A DNA stretch of 63,051 nt from a virus. Lineage: Duplodnaviria; Caudoviricetes. The notes below the pieces were generated by a model. The model searched no databases, had not been told where the DNA came from, and was given only the letters and a program-made list of their open reading frames with translations. Numbering within the stretch: the first letter of the stretch is position 1; the number at the start of each line of letters is the position of its first letter. Position numbers and translations under genes: made by a program. The DNA is taken from positions 1-63,051 of IMG/VR virus record IMGVR_UViG_3300036845_000466, one strand, 5' to 3'. Of this stretch, positions 28,078 to 38,386 are shown piece after piece.

Positions 28078-28851
28078 TCAGCTGACGACCCCGGCGTCCC
28101 GGCAGGCGTCCTCGAGCGCGTTGAACGCGCTGGCCAGGTTGCTGAACGTCGTGGCGTTGAACGGGGTGCCGACTGCGTGCCCGGGGTTGCCCTGGCCGCC
28201 GGCGAAGCTGCCAGAGAAGTTGCCCGCGCTGATGCCGGCGTCGAACTGGCCGCTGCCCGACCCGTGCGTGTTGCCGTTGATGCCCAGGGCGGAGCTGGAG
28301 ACAGCCCCGTTGACCAGCACCTGGGAACCGGCGTTGACGTTTCCGCTGGCCACGACGTTGCCCGAGGTGCTGACGCCGCTGTCGAACTGACCGGACCCGG
28401 ACCCGTGGGTATCTCCGGCGATGCCGAGCGCCGAGCTGGTGCTGGCTCCGTTGACCAGCATCTGCGTGGTGGCGTGCACGTTCGGCGACACCAGCTGGCT
28501 GTCGGCCTGGACGGTGCCCGAGCTGTGGAACCCGCCGCTGTTGTGCAGCGTGCCGCCTCCGGCGCCGTTGGCGTTGCCGCCGACCGTCAGGTCGCTGTTG
28601 ACGTTGTGCGTGCCGGTGACGTTGACGTTCCCGCTGATCGTGCCGCCGGTGTTCGGGAAGACGACGGGTACCAGGGCATTCAGCCGCGACTCGACCAGCC
28701 GGGTCTTGGGATCGCTCGAGGCGTTCAGGTTCGCCGACATCCCCACCAGCAGCCAGAGGGCGGCCATCAGCTGGACGTTCTGCCTGGCAGCCCGGCCAGC
28801 CAGGCGGACAGCGAGGATAGCGAGCAGCAGCAGGAACAGTTTTTTCATCAC
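28078..28851 (-). CDS. tail fibre-like beta-repeat protein
   Basis: Duplicated LVNGA..SSALGI.G.THGSGSGQFD unit; hydrophobic N-terminus. Confidence 0.7.
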   Translation of the reverse strand: MMKKLFLLLLAILAVRLAGRAARQNVQLMAALWLLVGMSANLNASSDPKTRLVESRLNALVPVVFPNTGGTISGNVNVTGTHNVNSDLTVGGNANGAGGGTLHNSGGFHSSGTVQADSQLVSPNVHATTQMLVNGASTSSALGIAGDTHGSGSGQFDSGVSTSGNVVASGNVNAGSQVLVNGAVSSSALGINGNTHGSGSGQFDAGISAGNFSGSFAGGQGNPGHAVGTPFNATTFSNLASAFNALEDACRDAGVVS

Positions 28852-31800
28852 TGTGTCCGATCGAAATAGTACGTAGAGTAGTACTTCAGCGAGACGTTCG
28901 GAGCCTGGGCGTCCGCGCAGTAGACGAACAGCTGGTTCTCGCCGTCCGCCGGCTCGACGTAGAGCGGTCCGCCGCTGATCGCCTGGGTGTTGTCCATGAC
29001 CGAGATCGCGTTGGGGCGGCCGGACTGGCTGCCCATGATCCGGCCGAGGCTGACGTTGGGGTCGGGCGCGTCGATGTAGTAGGTGAGGTAGCCCGAGGAC
29101 GAGGACGGCACGTTGATCACCACCGTCTGGCCCATCGTGTCCAGGAACAGGCAGTCGTAGAAGCGGTCGGAGGTGTTGCTGTCGGTCACCGAAACGGTGT
29201 AGTAGCCGCCCAGGTTGTCGGGCGCGACCGCCTTGACCGGCAGCGTGAGAACGCCGGCCTGCACGATGCCGTTATTGACCTGGTTGGGAGCTACCGTGAT
29301 CGTCGTGGTGCTGACGGAGTAGCCGGGGCCGCCCGCGTACTCGAACTGGGTGACGGTGACGAAGATGTTCCTCGTTGTGCCCGAGCCGGAGCCGCCGTTC
29401 CACAGCGAGTTGATCAGGTAGATCGTGTATGTGCCGCCGAAGTCGGCGTTCACGCCGGTGACCGGCTGCGGCATCGTGTACTGGTGGGTACCGTCCGGGG
29501 CGTCCGACCCGCCGCCGACGCTCGCCAGGGGCTGGAACGTCTTGAGCGCGCCGAGCGGCGGCCGGTGGACGATCAGCGACTTGAACGCGGCCGAGGCGAA
29601 CGGGGTAATCCCGAGCTGCCCGTTGGCGCCGTTGCCGCCGGCCAGCGTAGAGCCGGAGCTGTTGGCGCCGCCGCCGCCGCCGCCCGGGGCCGCTCCCGCC
29701 GAGCCAGCCGCGCCCGGGGACCCGCCGCCGTTGCCGCCGGCGCCGCCGCCGGTCACCGCCGCGCCGCCGCTGCTGGTCGGTGCGCCGGTGCTGGCCGGGT
29801 AGGTGAGCCGCACCTGGCCGGCCGCGCCCGCGCCGGAGCTGAACGCGTTGTTCCACGTGCCGCCGCCGCCGCCACCGGGAGCGACACCCGGAGAGCCGTT
29901 GGCGAAGTTCGCGCCGGAGCTGTTACCGCCGTTGCCGCCGCCGGCCGGGGCGATAGCGCCGCCGGGTGACCCGCCGGGGTTGCCGGCGGCGTTCGTGCCC
30001 GCGCTCGACCCGCCGCCGCCCACGTACGGGTAGGCCGGGCCGCCGTGCCCGCCAGAGAATCCGGTGGTGCCCGTGCCGCCGTTGCCGCCGTTGCTCGGTG
30101 AGAAGCCAGACGATGTGGCCGCGCCGCCGGTGCCCGGCTTAGCGATCACCTGCACGCTGCTGTCGCCGGTGAACACTGACTGGGTTCCGTTGTTCCCGCT
30201 GACCCCGCCCGACACGCTCGCGCCGCCGGCGCCGACCGTCACGGTGTAGTTGTTGCCGGGGGTGACGGGCACCAGGCCGTTGCGGTACTCGCCGCCGCCG
30301 CCGCCCTGCCCGTTGTTCCCCGCGCCGTTGCTGCCGCCGCCGGCGGCACCGCCGCCCCAGCATTCGGCCAGCACCTGCGTGACACCAGGCGGGCAGGTCC
30401 ACGTCGTGCTGCTGGAGAACGACACCGAGCCCGAGCCGATCGGGGTGTTGCCCGCCGCCAGGGGCCCGCCGCTCGAGCCGCCGCCGCCGCCGAATGTCCC
30501 GGCCGGGTTGGACCGGCCTGCGCCGCCCGGGTGCTCGACCGAGTTGCCCGAGCCGGACCCGCCGAGCCCGGCGACCGTGCCGTTGGTAGGCACGGACAGC
30601 CCGCCGTTCGCCACCAGCTGCAGGGTGCCGCCGGGCACCGGGCCGAAGACGGTGGCCTGCCCGTTGGCCGGCGACGCGCCCGCTGTCGCGCCTGCTCCGT
30701 TGACGTAGGGGATGACCTGGCCGGCCTGGGCGGCGAAGTTCAGCTCGGCGGAGTCCTCGGCGCCGCCGCCGCCGGCCCCGACTCCGGCCGTTGTCCGGCC
30801 CGCGCCGGCGCCGCCGCCGCCGATGGCGTTGACGGACAGGTAGGCGGTGCCGTTGGGGACGGTGTAGCTGCCCGCTCCGGCCGTCGTGACCGTGGTGGTC
30901 GTGCCGGCGCTGGGCGGCTGCTGGAACGACATGCTGACCGCTGCGCGGGCGGTGCCTGCTACCTGGTAGATCGTGTAGACCGCGCCCCGCACGACCGGGC
31001 TGACCTGCTGGCTGCCAGGGTAGGCGGTGAGCGCGTCCAGGTAGGCGGTGACGTTGGCCAGGCGGCGCACCCGGTCCTGGCGGTTGACGATCGTGACGGA
31101 GTAGCTGGCGACCGAGGCGTAGTTGAAAGACGCGTTGCCGGTCGGCAGCGGGATGGAGACCCGGGAGAACACCGGCGACTGGGCGGAGTCGGACACCGGC
31201 AGGAACAGGTTGTTGCGGGAGAACGACAGCGTGACGCCGTTGGTGTCCGTCAGCGAGATGTAGACGCCGGTTCCGTGGATCTTGCCGTGGTACTCGAGGT
31301 TGGCGTAGTACCGCGACCCGAGTCCGAGCCACATCTGCAGCGAGGTCATGCCCGTCAGGTTGACCGGAGCCGTGAATGACGCGGCGTAGTTGAGCGAGGT
31401 GTTCTGGCCGCCCGGGTCGCCGAAGAAATCCGGGTCCCACAGACAGGTGTTCGGGCCGACCACGCACTGGCTGGACTGCTGGAAAAGCGGTGAGTTGATC
31501 TGGCTGAAGTTGTCGAGCACGACCGGCGCCGGGGGCGGGGAGACCGGCGGGTTGGCGGGCACCGGCGCGCTGAACGCCACCTGCGTCTGGCTGTCGGACC
31601 GGCCGTAGGGCAGCGCCGGGATCGTCAGCACCAGCTGCATGCCGATCAGCTGCTTCTCGAGCCTCGTGTTGAACGAGACTGTGGTGGCGTTGGCCCTGAA
31701 GCAGTCGAGCACCAGCGGCAGGGCGATGCCCCCGGGGTTGCCAGCCGTGGGGTCGCGGGTCCACACGATGGTGAAATAGTCCTGGTCGATCGCCATCTGC

Positions 31801-32069
31801 AGGACTTCCCGGGCTGCGGCGAGGATCTGCCGGTTAGGCGCGGTGATCCAGACAGGCAGCTTGATCGTGCGGTTGGACGCCCGGCGGCCGAACGGGCGCT
31901 CGCCGTCCAGGATCAGCGACGCTACGAAGTCGGTAGTCGGCTGCGGGGCCCCCGGGTCGGCCCCTGGCTGCAATTGGAACTTTGCGGCCGGGCAGAGCGG
32001 GTTGCTCGAGAAGACGCCGCCGCCGAGCAGTTCGACCGTGTTGGCGATAACCAGGGAGTCGAACCCCAT
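28848..32069 (-). CDS. distal tail protein fused to glycine-rich domains
   Basis: Follows the tape measure; SNRTIKLPVWI; two WTCPPGVT..AECWGGGAAGG-type Gly-rich domains. Confidence 0.8.
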   Translation of the reverse strand: MGFDSLVIANTVELLGGGVFSSNPLCPAAKFQLQPGADPGAPQPTTDFVASLILDGERPFGRRASNRTIKLPVWITAPNRQILAAAREVLQMAIDQDYFTIVWTRDPTAGNPGGIALPLVLDCFRANATTVSFNTRLEKQLIGMQLVLTIPALPYGRSDSQTQVAFSAPVPANPPVSPPPAPVVLDNFSQINSPLFQQSSQCVVGPNTCLWDPDFFGDPGGQNTSLNYAASFTAPVNLTGMTSLQMWLGLGSRYYANLEYHGKIHGTGVYISLTDTNGVTLSFSRNNLFLPVSDSAQSPVFSRVSIPLPTGNASFNYASVASYSVTIVNRQDRVRRLANVTAYLDALTAYPGSQQVSPVVRGAVYTIYQVAGTARAAVSMSFQQPPSAGTTTTVTTAGAGSYTVPNGTAYLSVNAIGGGGAGAGRTTAGVGAGGGGAEDSAELNFAAQAGQVIPYVNGAGATAGASPANGQATVFGPVPGGTLQLVANGGLSVPTNGTVAGLGGSGSGNSVEHPGGAGRSNPAGTFGGGGGSSGGPLAAGNTPIGSGSVSFSSSTTWTCPPGVTQVLAECWGGGAAGGGSNGAGNNGQGGGGGEYRNGLVPVTPGNNYTVTVGAGGASVSGGVSGNNGTQSVFTGDSSVQVIAKPGTGGAATSSGFSPSNGGNGGTGTTGFSGGHGGPAYPYVGGGGSSAGTNAAGNPGGSPGGAIAPAGGGNGGNSSGANFANGSPGVAPGGGGGGTWNNAFSSGAGAAGQVRLTYPASTGAPTSSGGAAVTGGGAGGNGGGSPGAAGSAGAAPGGGGGGANSSGSTLAGGNGANGQLGITPFASAAFKSLIVHRPPLGALKTFQPLASVGGGSDAPDGTHQYTMPQPVTGVNADFGGTYTIYLINSLWNGGSGSGTTRNIFVTVTQFEYAGGPGYSVSTTTITVAPNQVNNGIVQAGVLTLPVKAVAPDNLGGYYTVSVTDSNTSDRFYDCLFLDTMGQTVVINVPSSSSGYLTYYIDAPDPNVSLGRIMGSQSGRPNAISVMDNTQAISGGPLYVEPADGENQLFVYCADAQAPNVSLKYYSTYYFDRTQ

Positions 32070-35000
32070 CAGCTGCCTCCGCGCGGGTACCTGTTACGGA
32101 ACGACGCCGCCGCAGCAGATCCGTTGATCGCGCTGCCGACGTGCCGCCCGACGCCGGCCGGCACCGAACCGGTCACGGCTGTCAGCTGCTGGAGGTCAGC
32201 GTGCAGCTGGTCGAGCTTATCGCTGAAGTCGCCGCCGCTGCCTGAGATGACCGGTTCTGGTCTGCCTGTGCCGTTGTACGCCAGGGTGTAGCCAGGCTGC
32301 AGGTAGCCGCCCTTGTCGTACCAGCCGTAGCCCAGCTCGTGAGCCCAGGCAGCCTCCGGGTCGCCGTACCGCTGCTTGATGTAGTTGAGCATGCCGGTGA
32401 TCTGGCCGGCCGCCGTGGTCGAGTTGCCGCCGTACTGGGCGTACTCAGACGGTCCGTTGATGAACTGGGCCAGGCCGTAGGCGCCGCTGGTCGGGTTGGT
32501 GGCGTTGATGTTGAAGCCGGCCTCGCGGTTCTCCACCTCGTCCAGGGCGATCCATTCAGCGCCGGTCCAGCCGACCGAGGCGGCCATGCTCTGCATCAGC
32601 GCCTGCACGGTCGCGCCGGAGCCGGACGGCTTGAGCGTGGCGCTGCCCGTGCCCTGGCCGGTGGCCTTGTTCGGCTGGCCGATGATCCACTTGGCGAAGT
32701 CGCCGACCAGGGTAGCGGGCATGCCGAGCAGCGCCCGGCCGACTATGCCGCCCATTCCCCCGGAGCTGGAACCGCCGAGCAGGTCAAGGACGGCGTTAGA
32801 CAGGGCGGTCGGGTTGCCGGTGGCGATCGCCAGCACCGCCTTGCCCAGGTCAGCGACGCCGCCGAGCACGTTCCCGCCGGTCGGATTCTGCGCGCCGAGA
32901 ACGGCGCCACGGCCGGGGGCAGGGGAGCCGACAGCGCCTCCGGTCGCGAAGCCGGGGACGCCCATCATCTTGAACAGCCAGCCGTATTCCCTGGTCTTGT
33001 CCTTGTCGATGACAGCCTCGCCCGGCTCGAGCAGGGCAGGCACGCTGTCGCCGCCGCCGTAGCCGGGCAACTTGCCACCGCTGGCCAGGGTGATCAGCGG
33101 GATCTTGAGGCTTCCCAGGCCGACTGCGTTGATCACGCTGTCGAACAGGCCGATCAGCTTGTCCAGCACGTTGTTTACGACGAACTTGACCGGGCCCTCG
33201 ACCGCGCCCTCGACCTTGCCCCAGACGCCCGAGATGGCACTTACCGCCGTGTTGAACCAGCCGGGCATGGTCTTGGTGAACAGGTTCTGGATCGGGTCGG
33301 CGACGTTTTTGACAACCCAGTTGTATGCGCCCTGCAGACCGCTCTGGAACGGGGCGATAAATTTCGTCCGCATGAACGATATGGCGCTGTCGAATCCGCT
33401 GGGAATTGTCTTGGTGAAAAAGTCGACAACGGGGGTGACAAAGTGTGCGTCGATCCAGTTGAGCACCCCGGTCAAAGTGCTCTGAACAGGGATTACGAGC
33501 TTTGTCTTCAGGAAATTCACCGTGTCGTCCCAGGCATTGGGCAGCGACTTGGTGAACCAGTTGATCATGGGGTCGATGAAGTCGTTGAGCATCCACTTGT
33601 AAACGTCGTCGCCGACCGACTTAACCGTGCCCCACACCGCGCTCCAGTGCGTGACCAGCTCGGATATTCCGACCACCAGCAGCGCGATCGCGGCGATGAT
33701 CAGCCCGATCGGGTTGGCTAGCAGCTCGGCGTCGAGGATCGTCTGGATCGCCGCCCACAGCTTCATGGCGCCGACGATGGCGAGGACGCCGGCCACGATG
33801 GCGCCGAGCACCGAGGGCGGAATCGCGTTGATGATGTCTGCCAGGGCGGTCGCTACCGACTGGATCACCTGCGCGATGGACGCGGTGAAAATGTTAGCGA
33901 ATTCGAGCAGCAGCGGCAGGATCACCGGCAGGACCGTGGTCAGCACCTGGAGGACCCCGACGACCAGCTTGGTTATCGACGGCAGCAGCGTCTCGATGGC
34001 GTTCGACAAGGTGGTGGCGAGCAGCCCTGACAGCTGCCCGATGAACTGGATGACCGGCGGCAGCAGTGGAGCCAGGCCGGTCAGGATCAGGTTGATCAGC
34101 TTGGCCAGGGGTCCGGCCAGGTTCTCGAGCGCGTCCCCGAGGATGGCGAAGGTGCCGGTATTCTCCAGCACGGTGAACACCTGGCTGATGGCGCCTGCGA
34201 ATGCGCTGAGCCCGGGGGCAATTCCGATAAGCAGCTGCGCGAGGGCACCGAAAGCGGACACCAGGTCACCGAGAATTGCCCCGGCCAGGTTAGCGATAAT
34301 AGACCCGATAATGGTCAGCGGGGGCGTAAGCGCCTTTACTACCCCGGCAAACTGAGCGATTATAGGCGCCAGGTCTTTAGCAAAAATGTCGGCCAGTTTG
34401 GCGACGACGGGCAGCAGCCCGCCGACCAGGCCGAGCAGCGCGCCGAGTACGGACATCGACGCGCGGACGGCCGGTGCCAGGTCAGCGAACAGGGCGCCCA
34501 GGTCGCCGCCGAACGAGGCAAGGATCTTGACGAACTCGCCGATGACTGGCACGGTAGCCTTGGCGACAATCGCCAGGCCAGGAAGCAGACTCGATACTAG
34601 TTTCTCAATGGCGACGATGAACGGTCCGAAAGCGGGCGCCGCCGCCTGCATCAGGGAGATCAGCCCTCTGATGATAGGGACCAGCCCGTTGAACACGCTC
34701 TGCAGCTGAGGTGCTACAACTTTGAAGATGCCCGCAAGCTGGGGCTCGAGCGACTTCAGCAGCTTCGGCACCTGGCTGAGCACGGCCGACAGCGCTGGGA
34801 TAATCGGGCCGGACGCCGCCGCCAGCACAGCCTTGGCGTCGGTGCCGATCGCCGAGAACTGCGCCTTGATCTTGGGCGAGCTTTTCGCGACAGCGGCCAC
34901 CAGGCCGCCGATCAGCGCCACGCCGATGCCGACGCCGGCGATGCCGCCGAGCGCGGGCAGGGCGGCCAGGCCGGCGCTGACCGCCCCGGTGATCAGCGCC

Positions 35001-35668
35001 GGCTTCAGCCCGATGCCGAGGATGCCAGGGCCGATGCCGCCTGCGACGTTCTTGGCGAGGGCGGTCGCCCCGTTGCTGTTGTTGTTGTTGCTGCTGCCCC
35101 CGCCGCTCTTGCTGCTGCCGCCGCCTGAGCTGCTGCTCGAGCTGCTGCTGTTCCCGCCTGCGCTGGTGGTTGTCGTGGTCGTGGTCGTGGTGCTGCGGGC
35201 CGGCGTGCTGAGGACGTTCACCCGGTTGACGCTGTTCGCGGTGCCGCCGTTGGTGCCCAGCACCTGGCCGACCGTGCTGACCCGGTTGGTGCCGCCCGAG
35301 CCGCCTCCGGTGTTCGTGGCGGGCGCCTGGACGATTTTGCCGAGCAGGCCGCCCTGGGCGCTCTGGGAGGCGCTGGGAGCCCCGGTGACAGGGTGCGGCG
35401 AGAACAGGGCGTTCAGGGCCCCCAGGACGCTGCCCTGGGGGCTCGAGCGCAGCCGCTGGGCCGCCTGGCGGCTGATCTGGTTGTCCAGGTCGGAGAACGC
35501 CTTGGTGGCCTTGGAGAGGCTGGCGCTGTCGAAGACAGCTGAGACCTTGATCTCGTGCTTGTTGTCCGTGAACCGCTTGACGCGCGCCTCGGCCGCGTCC
35601 ATGTCCCGGTCAAACTGGGCGGTGTCGACGGTCAGCCTGGCGTCGATGCTTCCTGCGTCGAAACCCAC
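32069..35668 (-). CDS. tape measure protein with C-terminal lytic transglycosylase domain
   Basis: 1199 aa amphipathic repeats; DSVPALLEPGEAV; REAGFNINATNPTSGAYGLAQF...YIKQRYG. Confidence 0.92.
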   Translation of the reverse strand: MGFDAGSIDARLTVDTAQFDRDMDAAEARVKRFTDNKHEIKVSAVFDSASLSKATKAFSDLDNQISRQAAQRLRSSPQGSVLGALNALFSPHPVTGAPSASQSAQGGLLGKIVQAPATNTGGGSGGTNRVSTVGQVLGTNGGTANSVNRVNVLSTPARSTTTTTTTTTSAGGNSSSSSSSSGGGSSKSGGGSSNNNNSNGATALAKNVAGGIGPGILGIGLKPALITGAVSAGLAALPALGGIAGVGIGVALIGGLVAAVAKSSPKIKAQFSAIGTDAKAVLAAASGPIIPALSAVLSQVPKLLKSLEPQLAGIFKVVAPQLQSVFNGLVPIIRGLISLMQAAAPAFGPFIVAIEKLVSSLLPGLAIVAKATVPVIGEFVKILASFGGDLGALFADLAPAVRASMSVLGALLGLVGGLLPVVAKLADIFAKDLAPIIAQFAGVVKALTPPLTIIGSIIANLAGAILGDLVSAFGALAQLLIGIAPGLSAFAGAISQVFTVLENTGTFAILGDALENLAGPLAKLINLILTGLAPLLPPVIQFIGQLSGLLATTLSNAIETLLPSITKLVVGVLQVLTTVLPVILPLLLEFANIFTASIAQVIQSVATALADIINAIPPSVLGAIVAGVLAIVGAMKLWAAIQTILDAELLANPIGLIIAAIALLVVGISELVTHWSAVWGTVKSVGDDVYKWMLNDFIDPMINWFTKSLPNAWDDTVNFLKTKLVIPVQSTLTGVLNWIDAHFVTPVVDFFTKTIPSGFDSAISFMRTKFIAPFQSGLQGAYNWVVKNVADPIQNLFTKTMPGWFNTAVSAISGVWGKVEGAVEGPVKFVVNNVLDKLIGLFDSVINAVGLGSLKIPLITLASGGKLPGYGGGDSVPALLEPGEAVIDKDKTREYGWLFKMMGVPGFATGGAVGSPAPGRGAVLGAQNPTGGNVLGGVADLGKAVLAIATGNPTALSNAVLDLLGGSSSGGMGGIVGRALLGMPATLVGDFAKWIIGQPNKATGQGTGSATLKPSGSGATVQALMQSMAASVGWTGAEWIALDEVENREAGFNINATNPTSGAYGLAQFINGPSEYAQYGGNSTTAAGQITGMLNYIKQRYGDPEAAWAHELGYGWYDKGGYLQPGYTLAYNGTGRPEPVISGSGGDFSDKLDQLHADLQQLTAVTGSVPAGVGRHVGSAINGSAAAASFRNRYPRGGS

Positions 35669-35683
35669 TGCCTCACCGCCTTC

Positions 35684-36016
35684 CTACCACTGCCGGCGGG
35701 ACCTGGGGTCTGTCTCCAGCTCGGCCCTCATTGCTGCCAGGTCGATCACGTTCTGCCCTGTGTCGACGCCCGTTCTGACCTGCGGGGCCATCTCTCCGCT
35801 GCCGCCTGTGAAATCCTGGCCGGCGTCACGGTTCCGCGAGAACATCACGTCTTCGTCCTGGTCGAGCCCTTCCAGGTACGCCTCTTTCTTGTCCCAGGTC
35901 AGCGCGTCCCACTCGTCTTCGCTGAACTGGAGATACCGCCGTACCGCGTAGAGGATTACCCGGCGCGTGCGGGCAGCTTCGTCACATTGCTCCCACCGCC
36001 GGGCGCGGCTTCCGGG
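35684..36016 (-). CDS. tail assembly chaperone frameshift extension (gpT-like)
   Basis: Open -1 frame (VILYAVRRYLQFSEDEWDALTWDKKEAYL...RRQW) between chaperone and tape measure; absent from the ORF track. Confidence 0.7.
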   Translation of the reverse strand, partial: PGSRARRWEQCDEAARTRRVILYAVRRYLQFSEDEWDALTWDKKEAYLEGLDQDEDVMFSRNRDAGQDFTGGSGEMAPQVRTGVDTGQNVIDLAAMRAELETDPRSRRQW

Positions 36017-36396
36017 GACATCACCTCCTGCTGCAGCCAGCCGTAGAACATCACGCGGATGCGGATCGGGAGAGCGAGGATGTCCTTTTGGGACGGGTCA
36101 CCGGAGCACAGCTGAGCGAACAGGCCGGCCATTGCCTCGTGGAACTTGATGATGAATTCCGGGTCCAGGTCGTCGACCGCGTTGAACAAGTCGGCGATGT
36201 CGGCCCCGGCAGTGGTGAGGCTGGCCGGCAGGTCGGCCTTAAGCTCCGTTGTCAGTTTCTTGATCCCTGACATGTAGTCGGCGATCTGCCGGTCAGTCGG
36301 TTCCTTGATAACCCCGTGGATTGCGTTCGGAGCATCCTTGGTGCGGAAATCGTAGTCGAGAGGCTCGACTACGGTTCCCGCGTTGAATCCGCCCAT
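35956..36396 (-). CDS. tail assembly chaperone (gpG-like)
   Basis: Position between tail tube and tape measure. Confidence 0.8.
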   Translation of the reverse strand: MGGFNAGTVVEPLDYDFRTKDAPNAIHGVIKEPTDRQIADYMSGIKKLTTELKADLPASLTTAGADIADLFNAVDDLDPEFIIKFHEAMAGLFAQLCSGDPSQKDILALPIRIRVMFYGWLQQEVMSPEAAPGGGSNVTKLPARAG

Positions 36397-36420
36397 TGCG
36401 TGTTCCCCTTTCTTTACGCG

Positions 36421-37038
36421 TTAGGAGGTGGCGACTGCCGTCAGGTCCGTCCAGGTGATGGCGTTGAACGGGCAGATGGCAGACAGGGTGAGCGGGTACA
36501 GGCGCTGCTGCGCCGCGCGGCGGAAAGCGGTCTGCACCTGGCCGGCCGACACCACCACGGGGATGTAGAGCACGCGCGCGAACCCGAGCTGGTTCTGGCC
36601 CACGACCGCGACCGAGAGCGTCTGGAAGTTGGTGGAGAGGGTCAGCACCGACTTGCCTGGCTGCCCGGCACCCGCCGCCGTGACCGCCGTGACGCCGCCG
36701 TTGCCCCATGCCTGGTTGATGTGCGAGAGAGTTTCCTCGGACAGGTTGGTGGTCAGCTGCAGCTCGGCGGTGTTGACCGCGACGCCCACGGGGGTGGGCT
36801 GCTCTTCGATGTTGATGTTCTGCGTGGTCGGGTTGAACGTCAGGGTGACGCCGGCCTCGGTAGCACCGATGTACGACCACCCGGCGGTCAGCCAGGCCGA
36901 GCCGACGCCCAGGTTGGCGTCAGACGGAACGGACGCGCCGACGCCCGCTGAGGGGTTGGGCGCGGTGAACATGAGCCCGACGCCGTACACCACGTTGGTG
37001 GTGGTATAGGCCGGCGGAGTGTACGGCAGCGATGGCAC
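36421..37038 (-). CDS. major tail (tube) protein
   Basis: WSYIGATEAGVTLT...INIEEQ...TNLSEET. Confidence 0.85.
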   Translation of the reverse strand: MPSLPYTPPAYTTTNVVYGVGLMFTAPNPSAGVGASVPSDANLGVGSAWLTAGWSYIGATEAGVTLTFNPTTQNINIEEQPTPVGVAVNTAELQLTTNLSEETLSHINQAWGNGGVTAVTAAGAGQPGKSVLTLSTNFQTLSVAVVGQNQLGFARVLYIPVVVSAGQVQTAFRRAAQQRLYPLTLSAICPFNAITWTDLTAVATS

Positions 37039-37044
37039 AGCCCG

Positions 37045-37467
37045 TTATCCTTCCACGGTCAGGGTGACCTGCGCGTTCTCGGCCGCCTGCTGAAGGGAGG
37101 CCAGACGCTCGAGGGGCACCGGCGTGAACTCGTTGTCCACGAACAAGCCTCCGAAGTGCAGCTCGGAGTGCGGCAGCTCGACCTTGACCTTGACCGTGGC
37201 CGGCCCGTGCAGGCCCGCCTCCAGCTTGTCGGCTTCCTGCCGGAGAGCGCGGATGCGCGCAGCCGCGTTGGTGTCGTCGCCAGGGGGAGCCGGGCGGGTT
37301 TCCTCGGCCGTGGCCGGCGGGCGGATCATGCTGGTCGGCTGCGGCACGTTCTGGATCGCACCTCCTGCCTGCGGGACAGGGGCGGCAGTCTGCTGGTCGG
37401 CTGCAGCGGGTACCGCTGTCTTGGCCTGCGTGCCTGCCTGGCTGTTCTCGTCTGCCATGCTGGTCAT
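37045..37467 (-). CDS. hypothetical protein
   Basis: ORF in the structural operon. Confidence 0.65.
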   Translation of the reverse strand: MTSMADENSQAGTQAKTAVPAAADQQTAAPVPQAGGAIQNVPQPTSMIRPPATAEETRPAPPGDDTNAAARIRALRQEADKLEAGLHGPATVKVKVELPHSELHFGGLFVDNEFTPVPLERLASLQQAAENAQVTLTVEG

Positions 37468-37471
37468 CCTC

Positions 37472-37945
37472 TCACGGCTGGATTGACGCCAGGGTGTAAG
37501 CCCTGACCAGGAGGGTGGTGGTCGTGGTGAACGCCACCGCGAAACAGCCCTGGGCGGCTGCAGGCCAGGCGGCGATCGTGGGTCCGCCCGCGATGCCGGT
37601 AGGCACCAGGTTCAGGTTCTGGATGTTGTACGTGACCGGGCTCTTGGGCCCGAGCCAGCCCGACTCGGTGGCCGCGATCGTCTTGGTGGTCGACGCGGGC
37701 AGCACCTGGCCTGCCACCGGGTCGCCGACGAGTACCTGCGTGATGCCGGCCAGGGTGGCGCCGCAGTAGTACCAGAGGAAGACGTTGCCGGTGTTGGGCA
37801 CCAGCACGACGTTGTTGCCGCCCCAGGCCACGATGCCGGCGCCGGTGTCGTAGCCGAAGCTGGCCGGCGCACCGCCGGTGAAAAAGTTGCCGTCCGAAGC
37901 GTTGAAGCTGTACGGCTGCAGGGGCGTGGTGACTAGTCCGGCCAT
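37472..37945 (-). CDS. hypothetical virion protein
   Basis: ORF in the structural operon with GGAG RBS. Confidence 0.7.
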   Translation of the reverse strand: MAGLVTTPLQPYSFNASDGNFFTGGAPASFGYDTGAGIVAWGGNNVVLVPNTGNVFLWYYCGATLAGITQVLVGDPVAGQVLPASTTKTIAATESGWLGPKSPVTYNIQNLNLVPTGIAGGPTIAAWPAAAQGCFAVAFTTTTTLLVRAYTLASIQP

Positions 37946-37948
37946 CGG

Positions 37949-38386
37949 TTACTCCAGTGCCGTAGTGATCAGGTAGGTGCAGGTGAACTCGAACCGCCGG
38001 TCCTCGGGACTGAGCGGCAGCGGTACCGGGTGGCCGCCGGAGCGGGTCACCATCTTGACCAGCACGCCGTCTACCACGACGTTGTACGGGCCGTTGAGGA
38101 TCAGCGTGTCCAGCTGCTGGGCGGCCAGCTCGGCGGCCAGGGGGCTGTCCTCCGGGCCGCGCACGCGTGCCTGGAATCCCCAGGTGTCGAGCGCGGCTTC
38201 CTCGGTGACCCAGCCGGGGCCGGTCGTCGGCGTGAGGAACACCGCGCGGTCGGGCGCGCTGAGGATCTCCGGGCCGGGAAAGAACGGGTAGCCAAGCTCC
38301 TGCGCCGTGTTCCAGCCGAGCGAGGTCAGCAGGTCGATGAGCACGGTGGTCTTGGCGACGGCCGGGGCTGGCTGCGGGTAGGTCAC
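37949..38386 (-). CDS. tail terminator / tail completion protein
   Basis: PDRAVFLTPTTGPG...FQARVRGP...RRFEFTCTY; GTGA coupling. Confidence 0.75.
   Translation of the reverse strand: MTYPQPAPAVAKTTVLIDLLTSLGWNTAQELGYPFFPGPEILSAPDRAVFLTPTTGPGWVTEEAALDTWGFQARVRGPEDSPLAAELAAQQLDTLILNGPYNVVVDGVLVKMVTRSGGHPVPLPLSPEDRRFEFTCTYLITTALE

Noticed and set aside
29600-30830. GCC-rich repeats as a non-coding repeat element
   Set aside because: They encode the glycine-rich domains of the tail protein
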